Origin: a virus
Taxonomy: Duplodnaviria; Caudoviricetes
Direction: 5' to 3' (one strand)
IMG/VR virus record: IMGVR_UViG_3300032213_001568
Span: 1-64,000 of that record
Length of the DNA: 64,000 bases
The notes under the pieces are model-generated. The model was not told where the DNA came from. It ran no database searches and was given only the letters and a program-made list of their open reading frames with translations. This document shows positions 21,185-30,599 of the stretch, piece after piece. The position numbers and the translations under genes were made by a program. Numbering within the stretch: position 1 is the stretch's first letter; each line of letters opens with the position of its first letter.

Positions 21185-21234
21185 TTTTTTAATAGTATAT
21201 TTGTAGAACAATTAACAACTACTACAAAAAAACT

Positions 21235-22038
21235 ATGCAAAAGACATCTTCTACCGAAATGATTAAATTGTCAATTTATCAGTTTGTTTTACAAATGAAT
21301 CAAAGTAAAAAATACCCAACTTATCCTGAAATAAGACAAAAAATGAATGATATCATTGATACTGCACCATATCTTTTTGGTGACAGTCAAAGTTCAAGTA
21401 CTAAAGGTACTATGAGAAGTATGTTGTCAGAACTTGTTAATAAAAAAAATAATCCACGTATTTCAAACGTTTTTTTTCAAGAGATTAACGGTATTCAAAA
21501 GTTTTTTGTTGACCCATCTTTAATTGTTCAAAAACAAATTGAAAATGATTCAAAAGACATTATTGAATCTCCAAATAACACAATCCATTCTGACAGTCAA
21601 TATATGATTTGTGATATTTTTACCCAAGAAGGATGTGACATTTTTGTACCCAAAGGTGACCGAAATCAAAAAAATTCTTTTGGAAAAACAATTGAAGAAT
21701 CATTTTCAAATAACATGGTTGAAGTTGAAGATGAAAGGGGTAAATTTATTGATGTTATTGTTATGAAAAATAATAAACCTATCATTTTATTTGAAGTGGA
21801 AGAAAGTACAAATGTTCGTAATGGTTTAACAAGAATGTTAACTTTCAAAGACACGGGTATTAAAGTAAAAACATTTATTGTATCATCTAAGGATTCATAT
21901 AAAAAGAAATTTGATAAAGAAACAAAGTGGGATACTTTTAAAGATTTGAAATCCAAATTTTTATCTTTTTCTGACTTGAAAGAAATTTTTGAAAACAAAA
22001 ATAGAAAAGAAATAATTAGTGAAGTTTTTGGAATATAA
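21235..22038 (+). CDS. Putative PD-(D/E)XK restriction-endonuclease-like protein
   Basis: IDVI...FEVEEST...GLTRM; next to a methylase; own TTG-N20-TATATTTG promoter at 21173-21203. Confidence 0.5.
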   Translation: MQKTSSTEMIKLSIYQFVLQMNQSKKYPTYPEIRQKMNDIIDTAPYLFGDSQSSSTKGTMRSMLSELVNKKNNPRISNVFFQEINGIQKFFVDPSLIVQKQIENDSKDIIESPNNTIHSDSQYMICDIFTQEGCDIFVPKGDRNQKNSFGKTIEESFSNNMVEVEDERGKFIDVIVMKNNKPIILFEVEESTNVRNGLTRMLTFKDTGIKVKTFIVSSKDSYKKKFDKETKWDTFKDLKSKFLSFSDLKEIFENKNRKEIISEVFGI

Positions 22039-22044
22039 AAAAAT

Positions 22045-22593
22045 ATGGAATATATATTATTTGCATTCGGGGAATATAAAGAAAACCCACAGGCTTTAAA
22101 CCTTTTAACTGAAACGGTATCGCAGATATCAAAAGGTGAGATAAAATTCCAACATGGAGACAGTGGTGTCATAATAACATTTGGCACGAAGTTGGATTGG
22201 GAAGATATAGACGACTATATGAAGAAAAATATTGTTAAATTAACTGCAATGTATTTTGTTTTCCCTATTGAATCTGACATGATATATTCTATGGACGAAG
22301 ATATTAAAAAACATTTGTTTGAAAACACTGACATTTTGACAGAAAATGAAGAATTAAATCAGACTAGATACGTAAGTGATAATACAGGAGTTCCTGAATT
22401 TTTAAAGGGTATACATATTCACAGGGGTAGTCCTTTTGATGATATTCTTAAAATTCTTAATGAAGAAGTTATTCAAGATGCACCAGTTATGACACTTAAT
22501 GATTTGTTAGACAAGATAAAAGAAAAAGGTATTGATAGTCTTTCAGAAATTCAGTTAAAACAATTAGAAATTTACTCAAAACAAATAATATGA
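22045..22593 (+). CDS. Hypothetical protein
   Basis: 182-aa ORF, C-terminal LNDLLDKIKEKGIDSLS helix motif. Confidence 0.65.
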   Translation: MEYILFAFGEYKENPQALNLLTETVSQISKGEIKFQHGDSGVIITFGTKLDWEDIDDYMKKNIVKLTAMYFVFPIESDMIYSMDEDIKKHLFENTDILTENEELNQTRYVSDNTGVPEFLKGIHIHRGSPFDDILKILNEEVIQDAPVMTLNDLLDKIKEKGIDSLSEIQLKQLEIYSKQII

Positions 22594-23390
22594 TGGAAAA
22601 AAACCAAGTTATCCCGATTAATCAAGACGAAGTACAAATCTACCTTAAAGAACTTAGACGTATTAAGGTAATGACTCCTGAAAGAGAAAGGGAACTGTCG
22701 GCTAAGATGCAAAGTTCTGAAACATCTGACAGAGAAAAGGCAGGTATATGTAAAGAATTGTTAGAGGGTAACCTACGATTTGTCATCACTGTTGCTAAAC
22801 AGTATCAGGGACAAGGTGTTGATTTTAGTGATTTAGTTGCAGAAGGGAATATCGGACTTATGAAGGCTATTCAGAGTTTTGATTGGACAAAGAACCTTCG
22901 TTTTATATCATATGCGGTGTGGTGGATTAGACAATCTATCCTACAGTCTTTGAATGAACACTCAAGAACAATTCGCATCCCTGTGAATGTTATTCAAGAC
23001 TTATACAAAGAGAAAAAACGTACAGACAAGACAGGTGAGAGAATTGATGACCGATTTGCTAATCTACCATCAACAATCAACCTACAAACTCAGATTAATG
23101 AAGATGGTGATACATTAATTGATTTGATTGTGAACAAAGACAGTGATATGCCTGATGAGGTATTCAATAATGGTGAACAACTTAAAGACGGATTATTCAA
23201 CATCATGAATATTTTGGATGAACGTGAAAGACAGATTATTGAAGACTATTATGGTATTTCAGGTACCCCAAGAACACTTGAAGATATCGGTTCAGATTTC
23301 AGTTTAACTAAGGAAAGAGTAAGACAAATTAAAGAAAAGGCTCTTCGTAAATTACGTAATGAGAGTGTTACCTTGTTTGATTATATGTAA
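22590..23390 (+). CDS. RNA polymerase sigma-70 factor, RpoD/RpoS-like, Bacteroidota type
   Basis: NLRFVITVAKQY, DLVAEGNIGLMKA, RFISYAVWWIRQSI, TLEDIG...TKERVRQIKEKALRKLR. Confidence 0.92.
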   Translation: MMEKNQVIPINQDEVQIYLKELRRIKVMTPERERELSAKMQSSETSDREKAGICKELLEGNLRFVITVAKQYQGQGVDFSDLVAEGNIGLMKAIQSFDWTKNLRFISYAVWWIRQSILQSLNEHSRTIRIPVNVIQDLYKEKKRTDKTGERIDDRFANLPSTINLQTQINEDGDTLIDLIVNKDSDMPDEVFNNGEQLKDGLFNIMNILDERERQIIEDYYGISGTPRTLEDIGSDFSLTKERVRQIKEKALRKLRNESVTLFDYM

Positions 23391-23439
23391 CCAACTATTT
23401 ATTGTTATAAATTTAATTTTAAATTATATAAAAAACATT

Positions 23440-23718
23440 ATGGAAAAATTACAGAAATACTTTATTCCCGCGATTTTGGTAATCGTATTATTATCCTTCT
23501 TTAAAGGATGTGGGACCTCAACACAGGTTAAAACAACTGAAAAACAGGTTGAGTTATTAACAAAGAAAGTTGATTCTTTAAGTACTATCGTAGTATCTCA
23601 AGATAAACTAATTAACATTATTAAAGAAACTCCAAGTTGGAAGACTTTAGAAATTGAAGAATTATCGGATAAAAACCATATGCCCATAAACCATTACAAG
23701 AATGAGTTGGGACAATGA
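23440..23718 (+). CDS. Membrane-anchored, possibly lipoprotein, hypothetical protein
   Basis: Hydrophobic N-terminus ending FFKGCG; TATTTAT at 23396. Confidence 0.55.
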   Translation: MEKLQKYFIPAILVIVLLSFFKGCGTSTQVKTTEKQVELLTKKVDSLSTIVVSQDKLINIIKETPSWKTLEIEELSDKNHMPINHYKNELGQ

Positions 23719-24656
23719 AAAATTGGTTTAGTAGAAATTTAACAAACATAATTTCTTTAGCCTTTGTTATTCCAATATTACTCGTAGCGTTTGTGTCAAT
23801 ATCACACGTTACGAGTTTTTATGGTTTATCCAATCCTTTAACTTGGGCTATATACCTTTCAGTAGGTATTGAAATTGCTGCGTTATCTGCCTTAGCTGCC
23901 GTGTCAGTTAACATGGGTAGATTTGTTTATTTCCCGTTTTTAATCGTAACATTTATTCAAATGTTGGGGAACATATTCTTTTCGTTTACATACATTGATG
24001 AAACATCACAGACATTCCAAGATTGGATTTCAATGGTTGGTGGATTACTTGAAAATATGGGTATTGAAAAGACTGATTTGAATACTCACAAGACAGTACT
24101 CGCGTTTTTAACTGGTGGATTACTTCCAATCATATCTTTAACATTTGCTCACATGTTAGTTAAGTTCACTGAGAAGAATAAAGAAGTGGTTGAAGAGGTT
24201 AAAACTGAATTAACTGAAGAAGATGTTCAAGAAATATTTGAAGAACAAATTAAAGAAAAAGAAAAAGAAAAGTGGACACCTTCTAATGAAGATTTAGAAA
24301 AGTTAGAAAAAATATTACAAAATAATTATCCTGTTAAATCAGATGTTGAACACAAACCTTACAATCCGTCAGAAGAAGATTTACGTAAAATTGAAGAAGT
24401 TTTAAATGGATATACTGAAATTGTTGAAGAAAATATTAATGATAACAATGAGGTAATTACTGGGGACATTATTGAGGAACCTGTAAAAGAAATTAAACCT
24501 ATTACGGAAGAAAGTCAGTATGACAATACTGTTTATATGGGATTACTTAATAGATATGAGGATATCCAACCTGAAGAGGTTGAAAAAAAAAATGATATAC
24601 CCACCGAAACAGGTGAAGATTACAAGGTTTTAAACTACAGAAAAAGAGATGCTTGA
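23715..24656 (+). CDS. Multi-pass membrane protein with acidic C-terminal tail
   Basis: About 4 TM segments then Glu/Lys-rich region. Confidence 0.65.
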   Translation: MKNWFSRNLTNIISLAFVIPILLVAFVSISHVTSFYGLSNPLTWAIYLSVGIEIAALSALAAVSVNMGRFVYFPFLIVTFIQMLGNIFFSFTYIDETSQTFQDWISMVGGLLENMGIEKTDLNTHKTVLAFLTGGLLPIISLTFAHMLVKFTEKNKEVVEEVKTELTEEDVQEIFEEQIKEKEKEKWTPSNEDLEKLEKILQNNYPVKSDVEHKPYNPSEEDLRKIEEVLNGYTEIVEENINDNNEVITGDIIEEPVKEIKPITEESQYDNTVYMGLLNRYEDIQPEEVEKKNDIPTETGEDYKVLNYRKRDA

Positions 24657-25251
24657 AATTAAAAAGTATGGTAAGTTTTCTAATTTTGAAAAAAATAAAA
24701 AGAAAAAACAAATAATTCTTTGTAACAGTTTTAGACCGCAAGGAGAATATCTAAACTCTTTGAAATACCGTTTTAATGGTAACTACAAGAAAATTCCTAA
24801 TTATTTAATAACCAAATCAGGAGTGGTTTTAAATCTCATTTCAGATGATTCTTACGGTAATTTTTTTTCAGAAAATGAAGTAAATAAAAATTCAATTGTG
24901 ATTTGTTTAGAAAATTTAGGGTGGTTACAAAAAACACCATTAGGTTTATATTATTCTAATTGGATTGGTGATATTTATAGTAAAGATATTTTTGAAAGAA
25001 AGTGGAGAAGTAAAATTTTTTGGGAACCATATACTAAAGAACAAATAACTTCACTGATAGAACTTTCAAAAAAACTTTTAAAGAAATTTTCGATAGACAA
25101 TAAATTTATAGGACACAATACGAGAGTTGATGGTGTTAAATTATTTAATGGAATTGTCTGTAGAAGTAATTTCAGTGATAAATTTTTGGATTTAAATCCA
25201 TCATTTGAATATGAATATTTTAAAAAAGAGATAGAAAATTATGAGAGATAA
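24649..25251 (+). CDS. Divergent N-acetylmuramoyl-L-alanine amidase (Amidase_2)-like protein
   Basis: QIILCN, PNYLITKSG, NKNSIVICLEN, YTKEQITSL, FIGHN, DLNP. Confidence 0.6.
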   Translation: MLEIKKYGKFSNFEKNKKKKQIILCNSFRPQGEYLNSLKYRFNGNYKKIPNYLITKSGVVLNLISDDSYGNFFSENEVNKNSIVICLENLGWLQKTPLGLYYSNWIGDIYSKDIFERKWRSKIFWEPYTKEQITSLIELSKKLLKKFSIDNKFIGHNTRVDGVKLFNGIVCRSNFSDKFLDLNPSFEYEYFKKEIENYER

Positions 25252-25840
25252 CCAAGACATAAAAGACCAACTTAAAAAAGTTAGACAAATTCTTGAATCA
25301 AAAAATGAAATAGTTCAAGGACACATAAAGGAAATTAAAAAGTCGTATTTGATTACTGAAGAAGAAATTGAGGACAATAATATATCTACAAGATATAATG
25401 TCCCTAAATCTGTTGAAGATGATATACAAGGTGATACTGATGAACCAAATAAAGCTGAACAAGCGTATAGAATATCTGGCGGTATATTAGTTATCCATGC
25501 GGATACTATGAAAGACACTGAATTAACTACTGATGATAAAAAGGCTTTTCAGGAAACTATGGATGAGTTTGTTAGTGAAGTTTCTGATTTAGTTAATTTC
25601 AATCAATTAAATGTTTACAAAAACAATGTTGATTGGAGTGGTAAAATTGTTGATTTTGACATTGATTTTTATTTCACTATTGGTGAAAATAATGGTTTAT
25701 ATATAACTTGTGATATGGTTAAAGTTGATGAAAATTTCACAGCGTCAATGGATAAATTACAAACATATTATGAAAAGTTCAAATCTAAATGGGCTAAAGT
25801 AATTGCTAGTAGAAAGAAAACAAAACCAATGGGAGCATGA
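25241..25840 (+). CDS. Hypothetical, putative virion-internal protein
   Basis: RQILES and LITEE motifs. Confidence 0.55.
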   Translation: MRDNQDIKDQLKKVRQILESKNEIVQGHIKEIKKSYLITEEEIEDNNISTRYNVPKSVEDDIQGDTDEPNKAEQAYRISGGILVIHADTMKDTELTTDDKKAFQETMDEFVSEVSDLVNFNQLNVYKNNVDWSGKIVDFDIDFYFTIGENNGLYITCDMVKVDENFTASMDKLQTYYEKFKSKWAKVIASRKKTKPMGA

Positions 25841-26175
25841 GTCAAAAAATAATTATAATATTAGTTAGTATTTTAATTTTATTGGTTGGATACAATATTA
25901 TTACAACTACAAAGATTAAAACCGATGTTGAAAAATATCAAACATCAATTGACAGTATACAAACAAAAATTGATTCTGTCAGTTTAATAAATAAAGAATT
26001 GGATTTAAAACTTGCGTCATTAGATACGAATATCAATCAAATCACAAAAGAAATTGATTTGGTTGATAATAACATAAATGTAATAAAAAAGAAAACAAAT
26101 GAAAAAATTATTGTTGTTGACCATTATGACAATGCTGAGCTTAATGGGTTTTTCTCAGGAAGGTACGGTAACTAA
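25837..26175 (+). CDS. N-terminal TM plus coiled-coil protein (spanin-like candidate)
   Basis: Signal anchor then heptads; overlaps next gene by 77 nt. Confidence 0.5.
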   Translation: MSQKIIIILVSILILLVGYNIITTTKIKTDVEKYQTSIDSIQTKIDSVSLINKELDLKLASLDTNINQITKEIDLVDNNINVIKKKTNEKIIVVDHYDNAELNGFFSGRYGN

Positions 26176-26521
26176 AGATACAACTAAGGTTGTTATAAGT
26201 TCAGAAATTGCAAGACAAATAGCTAAAGATTTAATTAGATTAGATGGTTGTATTCAAGAAAATACCGAATTGTATACTAAGATATCAAAGATAGAAGATA
26301 GAGAAAAACAAAAAGACCAAAAGATTGAAATTTTACAAGAAAAAGATAAAAACAATCAAGTTATAATTGGTGAAAAAGATAAACAAATTGGTTTGTATGT
26401 TAATATGACTAACGATTTGAAAGATGAAATTAAAACCAATAATGATAAAACTAAATGGTGGAAAGTCGGAACCTATACCGGTGGAGGATTAACACTTCTA
26501 TTATTAATACTCGCATTTTAA
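26099..26521 (+). CDS. Exported coiled-coil protein with C-terminal hydrophobic anchor (spanin-like candidate)
   Basis: Signal peptide ...MGFS|Q, coiled coil, GGGLTLLLLILAF. Confidence 0.5.
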   Translation: MKKLLLLTIMTMLSLMGFSQEGTVTKDTTKVVISSEIARQIAKDLIRLDGCIQENTELYTKISKIEDREKQKDQKIEILQEKDKNNQVIIGEKDKQIGLYVNMTNDLKDEIKTNNDKTKWWKVGTYTGGGLTLLLLILAF

Positions 26522-26522
26522 A

Positions 26523-26765
26523 ATGGCTTTTAATCAATCTGAAAAAAACGAAATAGAAAAAATTGTCAAAAAAGAAGTAAAAGGATTTTTTGAATCAAAT
26601 ACTTTAAAACAATTTGAAGAAAAAATTATAGAATTACTGGTAAAAGATATTAAAAAAGGTAAATCTGAAAAAGAAATTAAAAATATAATTTCTAAGACTA
26701 TGTTAGATTTTTACGAATATTTATGGAATAACAGGTCAGTTTGGTCTGATAAAATTAAAAGGTAA
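26523..26765 (+). CDS. Hypothetical protein
   Basis: 80-aa ORF in operon. Confidence 0.65.
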   Translation: MAFNQSEKNEIEKIVKKEVKGFFESNTLKQFEEKIIELLVKDIKKGKSEKEIKNIISKTMLDFYEYLWNNRSVWSDKIKR

Positions 26766-26766
26766 T

Positions 26767-27501
26767 ATGAATATAAAAGATGCGTTATTAAAATCTCTAC
26801 AGAGTAAAATGCCAAGGGATACCGACTCTTTAAAAGATATGAATAGTTTTGCAACCAAGTTAAAAACTGAAAGTGAGGAGTTTGACGAAGCGACTGGCTC
26901 AGGAAGTGCTGGTGGATATGTTGGACCATTATTAGGAGGTGAAATGGAGGAAGAAAAATTAAAAGGCGGTAAATCGGATAAGATGAGTTTATTGGATATT
27001 GCTAAAAAACACACTAATAATCCAAAATCTGAAGATAGTGTTAAAAAGACACTTAAACAATTAGAATCACAACTAATAAAAGGTTTAGAAGTTGAAAAGG
27101 AACATACCAAAGATAAAGAAAGAGCTAAAGAGATTGTTATGGACCATTTAGTTGAAGACCCTAATTATTATGATAAGTTAAAAAAAGTTGAAGCAACTGA
27201 AGCGACAGGTTCTAGTTCATCTGGTTCATATGAAGGTCCTTCATTTTTAGCAAAATCACAAAGTAAAAAAAATTGGAGAGGTGCGGCAAAACCTTTATAC
27301 AAAGGTGGGAAGTTTGTTAAAATTAAAAAGAAATGTTTAAAATTCCCATATTGTAATCAAGGGGATATTAACGCTATTAAATTAAGTGAACTTGATGTCT
27401 TTGAAAGTATTGTCAAAAAATTAGCATTGGAATATAAAATAGATGAAAATCTAATTAAAAAATTAATCAAAGAAGATATTCTAAAAAACATGAATATCTG
27501 A
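26767..27501 (+). CDS. DUF5661-like phage protein with internal EATGS..G.Y.GP repeat
   Basis: GLEVEKEHT...AKEIVMDHLVEDPNYYDKL; EATGSGSAGGYVGP and EATGSSSSGSYEGP. Confidence 0.6.
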   Translation: MNIKDALLKSLQSKMPRDTDSLKDMNSFATKLKTESEEFDEATGSGSAGGYVGPLLGGEMEEEKLKGGKSDKMSLLDIAKKHTNNPKSEDSVKKTLKQLESQLIKGLEVEKEHTKDKERAKEIVMDHLVEDPNYYDKLKKVEATEATGSSSSGSYEGPSFLAKSQSKKNWRGAAKPLYKGGKFVKIKKKCLKFPYCNQGDINAIKLSELDVFESIVKKLALEYKIDENLIKKLIKEDILKNMNI

Positions 27502-27523
27502 ATATTTATTAATAAAAAAACTA

Positions 27524-28918
27524 ATGTCTAAAATCGAACAAATTATCAGTAATGTTATTTCAGAATCTCTTTCTAAAAGAGCTGACGAACTTACGGAAAA
27601 GATATTTGGTAAAATTGAATCAAACGAAGATGTTGATAAGTATGATTTAGAGGTTGGTATGGATTACGGTTTTGATGACGATGATGAGGATTATACGTTT
27701 ATGAGAAGAGGTAAACATTCCTCACATGGACCATTTCATTTTAAAAGAAATAAAAGAGGTGGTGAAACTGCCTTTGGAGAAAAAAAAATAGCAAACATGA
27801 AAAAAAGAATTAAAGAACAAACAGAAAAAGATTTAGATTTAGCAATTGCTTTACAATCTATGGAAGAAGAAGAGGTAGGAGAAGGAAATGCTTTTACTGG
27901 AGCTTTGGCTAAAGCTAAAAAAGAAGGTAAAAAATCTTTTAAAGTTGATGGTAAAGAATTTGAAGTAACTGAAGATTTAGGTGGTATGGGATTAGGTATG
28001 GGACACGACGACCTTGAAGATATCAATCTATCTGATGATGAAAACCCAAGAGTTAAATCTTTGAAGAAAAAGTATATGAGAAATTACCCTAAGTATGATG
28101 AAGTTGACCAAGAAGTTGATTTTATATCAGGTGATGAAGAGCCGGTTAATTATAGAATTAAGATGGGTGATGGTGATTTTCTTGACTTAGCGGAATCCGA
28201 ATTAGTTGATATGATTGAAGAACTTGTTAATGAAGAAAAAGTAAAAGATAATTTAAAAAAGACAGGTAAGCCAGCTGGTTTGGTTCAATACGATAGAGTT
28301 TCTAAAAAAGATAAAGAACAGAACTCAAAGGCTAATCAAGCTTCTTTTAAAAAGATGGCTGATTATGTTGAAAAAACAGGTTCTAAAGGTAAGTTTGACT
28401 CTAAACCTGTTATGTTCCCAAAAGGTAATGGTGAACTTGCTAAAATGGATAAGAAGGCTTATACACCATCTGAGTATGTTGATGAGTATATAGATGCGTT
28501 TGCGTATCCAGGACAAACTAACATAGTGTTTGATGAGATTAAACCTGATGATAAAAAAATTGAGATGTATCTTAAAGGTAATAGACTAACAGGTAATGCT
28601 CAGGTTGATGACGAAGGTAATCCTTTAGGTAATGTTGTTCCAAGTGAGTTAGGTGAAAAGATGTATAAAAACTACAAGGATAATTTATATGGTGCTGAAC
28701 AGTTAGAAGCTTCTTATAAGAGACAATCACAACCTGTTGATGTTGCTGGTGAAGTAACTCAAAAAGGTAAATTAAAAAGTAAAAAAAGTTCATCGGTGGC
28801 TAAGGCTCAAAAAGTTTTAGATAATGTTAGTGAATCCATTTTAAATGAAAAAAGTTTATTACTTAATGAAGAAATGGAAAACATGAAAAAACTTATTGGA
28901 TACCAATACAAAAAATAA
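27524..28918 (+). CDS. Charged putative head-core/internal protein
   Basis: VISES, RIKEQ, ILNEK, LLNEE motifs; EGNAFTGALAKAK; TATTTAT at 27503. Confidence 0.5.
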   Translation: MSKIEQIISNVISESLSKRADELTEKIFGKIESNEDVDKYDLEVGMDYGFDDDDEDYTFMRRGKHSSHGPFHFKRNKRGGETAFGEKKIANMKKRIKEQTEKDLDLAIALQSMEEEEVGEGNAFTGALAKAKKEGKKSFKVDGKEFEVTEDLGGMGLGMGHDDLEDINLSDDENPRVKSLKKKYMRNYPKYDEVDQEVDFISGDEEPVNYRIKMGDGDFLDLAESELVDMIEELVNEEKVKDNLKKTGKPAGLVQYDRVSKKDKEQNSKANQASFKKMADYVEKTGSKGKFDSKPVMFPKGNGELAKMDKKAYTPSEYVDEYIDAFAYPGQTNIVFDEIKPDDKKIEMYLKGNRLTGNAQVDDEGNPLGNVVPSELGEKMYKNYKDNLYGAEQLEASYKRQSQPVDVAGEVTQKGKLKSKKSSSVAKAQKVLDNVSESILNEKSLLLNEEMENMKKLIGYQYKK

Positions 28919-28962
28919 TTAGTTACTTTAAAATATTTTAATCTATAATTCTCCATATAACT

Positions 28963-29436
28963 ATGGAGAATTTTTTTTCATACATATCCAAACCAATAGA
29001 CCCTGAAGAATTTGAATTTTGGGTTGAATCAAATAACATCTGTTTTTTAAAATTAGAGTTATATGAGACTTTTGTTAAATCATTGGTTAATTTAGTTTCC
29101 CAAACATACTTGGGGGAGTCTGAATTTAATGAAACTAACATTAATTTTACCGAACAGGATATCAATAATCATTTTGATTGGTGTTGGGGTAAAATCGTCG
29201 ATAACTTTAAAAAAGAAAAAATTTTTTTTGAAAATAATGGTGAACATAAAAAATTTATCAAAGAGTTTATTTTTGAAACCTTTTATCTACAAAAAAACAA
29301 AGAGGTTAAATCATCATTAAATAAGTTCTTTAATGAAATATTTGATATTGAGAGCTCAATGACAAAATCTGATTTGGATTTGTTGACTACGATTTATAAA
29401 TTGATGGAAAAAAATGTAAAAGTAAATTTACAATAA
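28963..29436 (+). CDS. Hypothetical protein
   Basis: 157-aa ORF. Confidence 0.7.
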   Translation: MENFFSYISKPIDPEEFEFWVESNNICFLKLELYETFVKSLVNLVSQTYLGESEFNETNINFTEQDINNHFDWCWGKIVDNFKKEKIFFENNGEHKKFIKEFIFETFYLQKNKEVKSSLNKFFNEIFDIESSMTKSDLDLLTTIYKLMEKNVKVNLQ

Positions 29437-29489
29437 TAAATAAATTACTATTCTTGATAGTGTAATAAACAATTTTTATTTTTAACAAA

Positions 29490-29666
29490 ATGGATACAGT
29501 TGAAAAAATTAAAGAATTAACTGAACTACTTTCAGTAGATGCTACTAAGTTCTACAAAGGAAATAAGAGTGCTGGTACAAGAGCAAGAAAAACTGCTCAA
29601 GAACTAAAGGCTCTTCTTCAGACATTCAGAGGTGAAATTTTACAAGAAAAAAAACAAAATGACTAA
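29490..29666 (+). CDS. Histone H1-like (Hc1-family) small basic protein
   Basis: 58 aa MDTVEKIKEL...KFYKGNKSAGTRARKTAQELK; below ORF-track cutoff. Confidence 0.75.
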   Translation: MDTVEKIKELTELLSVDATKFYKGNKSAGTRARKTAQELKALLQTFRGEILQEKKQND

Positions 29667-29847
29667 TCTAAATAATTTATTTTTATTTATTTTTATTTTT
29701 AGTATTTTAAATGTTTTTAAAATTTCAATTATTTTTATAAAATCCCTACTACAAACTCCACCCCAAAAGATGGAGTTGAGTAGTGGGATTAATTTATTGT
29801 TCCATTTAACATTAACTTACATAATAACTTATATAATTGCAATCTGA
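29659..29847 (+). CDS. Small two-TM membrane protein
   Basis: MTNLNNLFLFIFIFSILNVF...LTLTYIITYIIAI. Confidence 0.55.
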   Translation: MTNLNNLFLFIFIFSILNVFKISIIFIKSLLQTPPQKMELSSGINLLFHLTLTYIITYIIAI

Positions 29848-30284
29848 TGAGTTTATATACTGAAATCAAACCTTTATTTGACTATCTTAATCAAATACGA
29901 AAACTTGAAAATTATATCGTTTTTGATATGACTTTTCCAAAGACATGGAAAATACCTAAAAAATTTATAATTGAAGATAAATTTTTAAATAATGGTTCTG
30001 ATGATGATTCACTTATTTTATCTTTTATTTCTGAGTACGATGAGTCTGAAATAAATAAAAACCAACAAAATATTTTGGGAATAGTTAATTATAATTTAGA
30101 AAGAGAAGCTAAAGAAAAACTATTGGAAAATAAAATAAATGAGTTAAAAAATATATTTGAAAAAGAAACTTTAGATAATTTAAAAGTTCTAAAATTTGAA
30201 TTAAAATCCGAAAAACCTGTAAAAAATGCTGTCACAAAATCAAATACAGAAAGAGTTGGAAGCCCTGAAATCGTTGAGGACTAA
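29847..30284 (+). CDS. Hypothetical protein
   Basis: 145-aa ORF, overlapping stop/start. Confidence 0.7.
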   Translation: MSLYTEIKPLFDYLNQIRKLENYIVFDMTFPKTWKIPKKFIIEDKFLNNGSDDDSLILSFISEYDESEINKNQQNILGIVNYNLEREAKEKLLENKINELKNIFEKETLDNLKVLKFELKSEKPVKNAVTKSNTERVGSPEIVED

Positions 30285-30417
30285 GAACGAACTTGATTTA
30301 AATAAAGAAAAAGAAAAGTTGGCTGAAATTTTTAAGGATATTAAAAAGAAAGATTTATTTCCTGAAAAGAAAAAATATACATTATGGCAGAGAATAAAGA
30401 AAGTAATGAATTTTTAG
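30226..30417 (+). CDS. Small basic hypothetical protein
   Basis: 63-aa ORF ending TLWQRIKKVMNF. Confidence 0.55.
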   Translation: MLSQNQIQKELEALKSLRTKNELDLNKEKEKLAEIFKDIKKKDLFPEKKKYTLWQRIKKVMNF

Positions 30418-30599
30418 GTAAATTAGCAATGATTGCAGATGCTTCTCAATCGTTAATTGAAGGTAAAGTATCTGTGGTTATTGAAGTTTACCAACAGGAG
30501 TTTGACATTATTAAACAAAACTTCGAACAAAATACTGCTGAAGATAGATTTAAAGTTGAAATCTCAGATGTTGATTTTATATTTATTTTGGATAAGTAG
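30384..30599 (+). CDS. Hypothetical protein
   Basis: 71-aa ORF. Confidence 0.6.
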   Translation: MAENKESNEFLGKLAMIADASQSLIEGKVSVVIEVYQQEFDIIKQNFEQNTAEDRFKVEISDVDFIFILDK

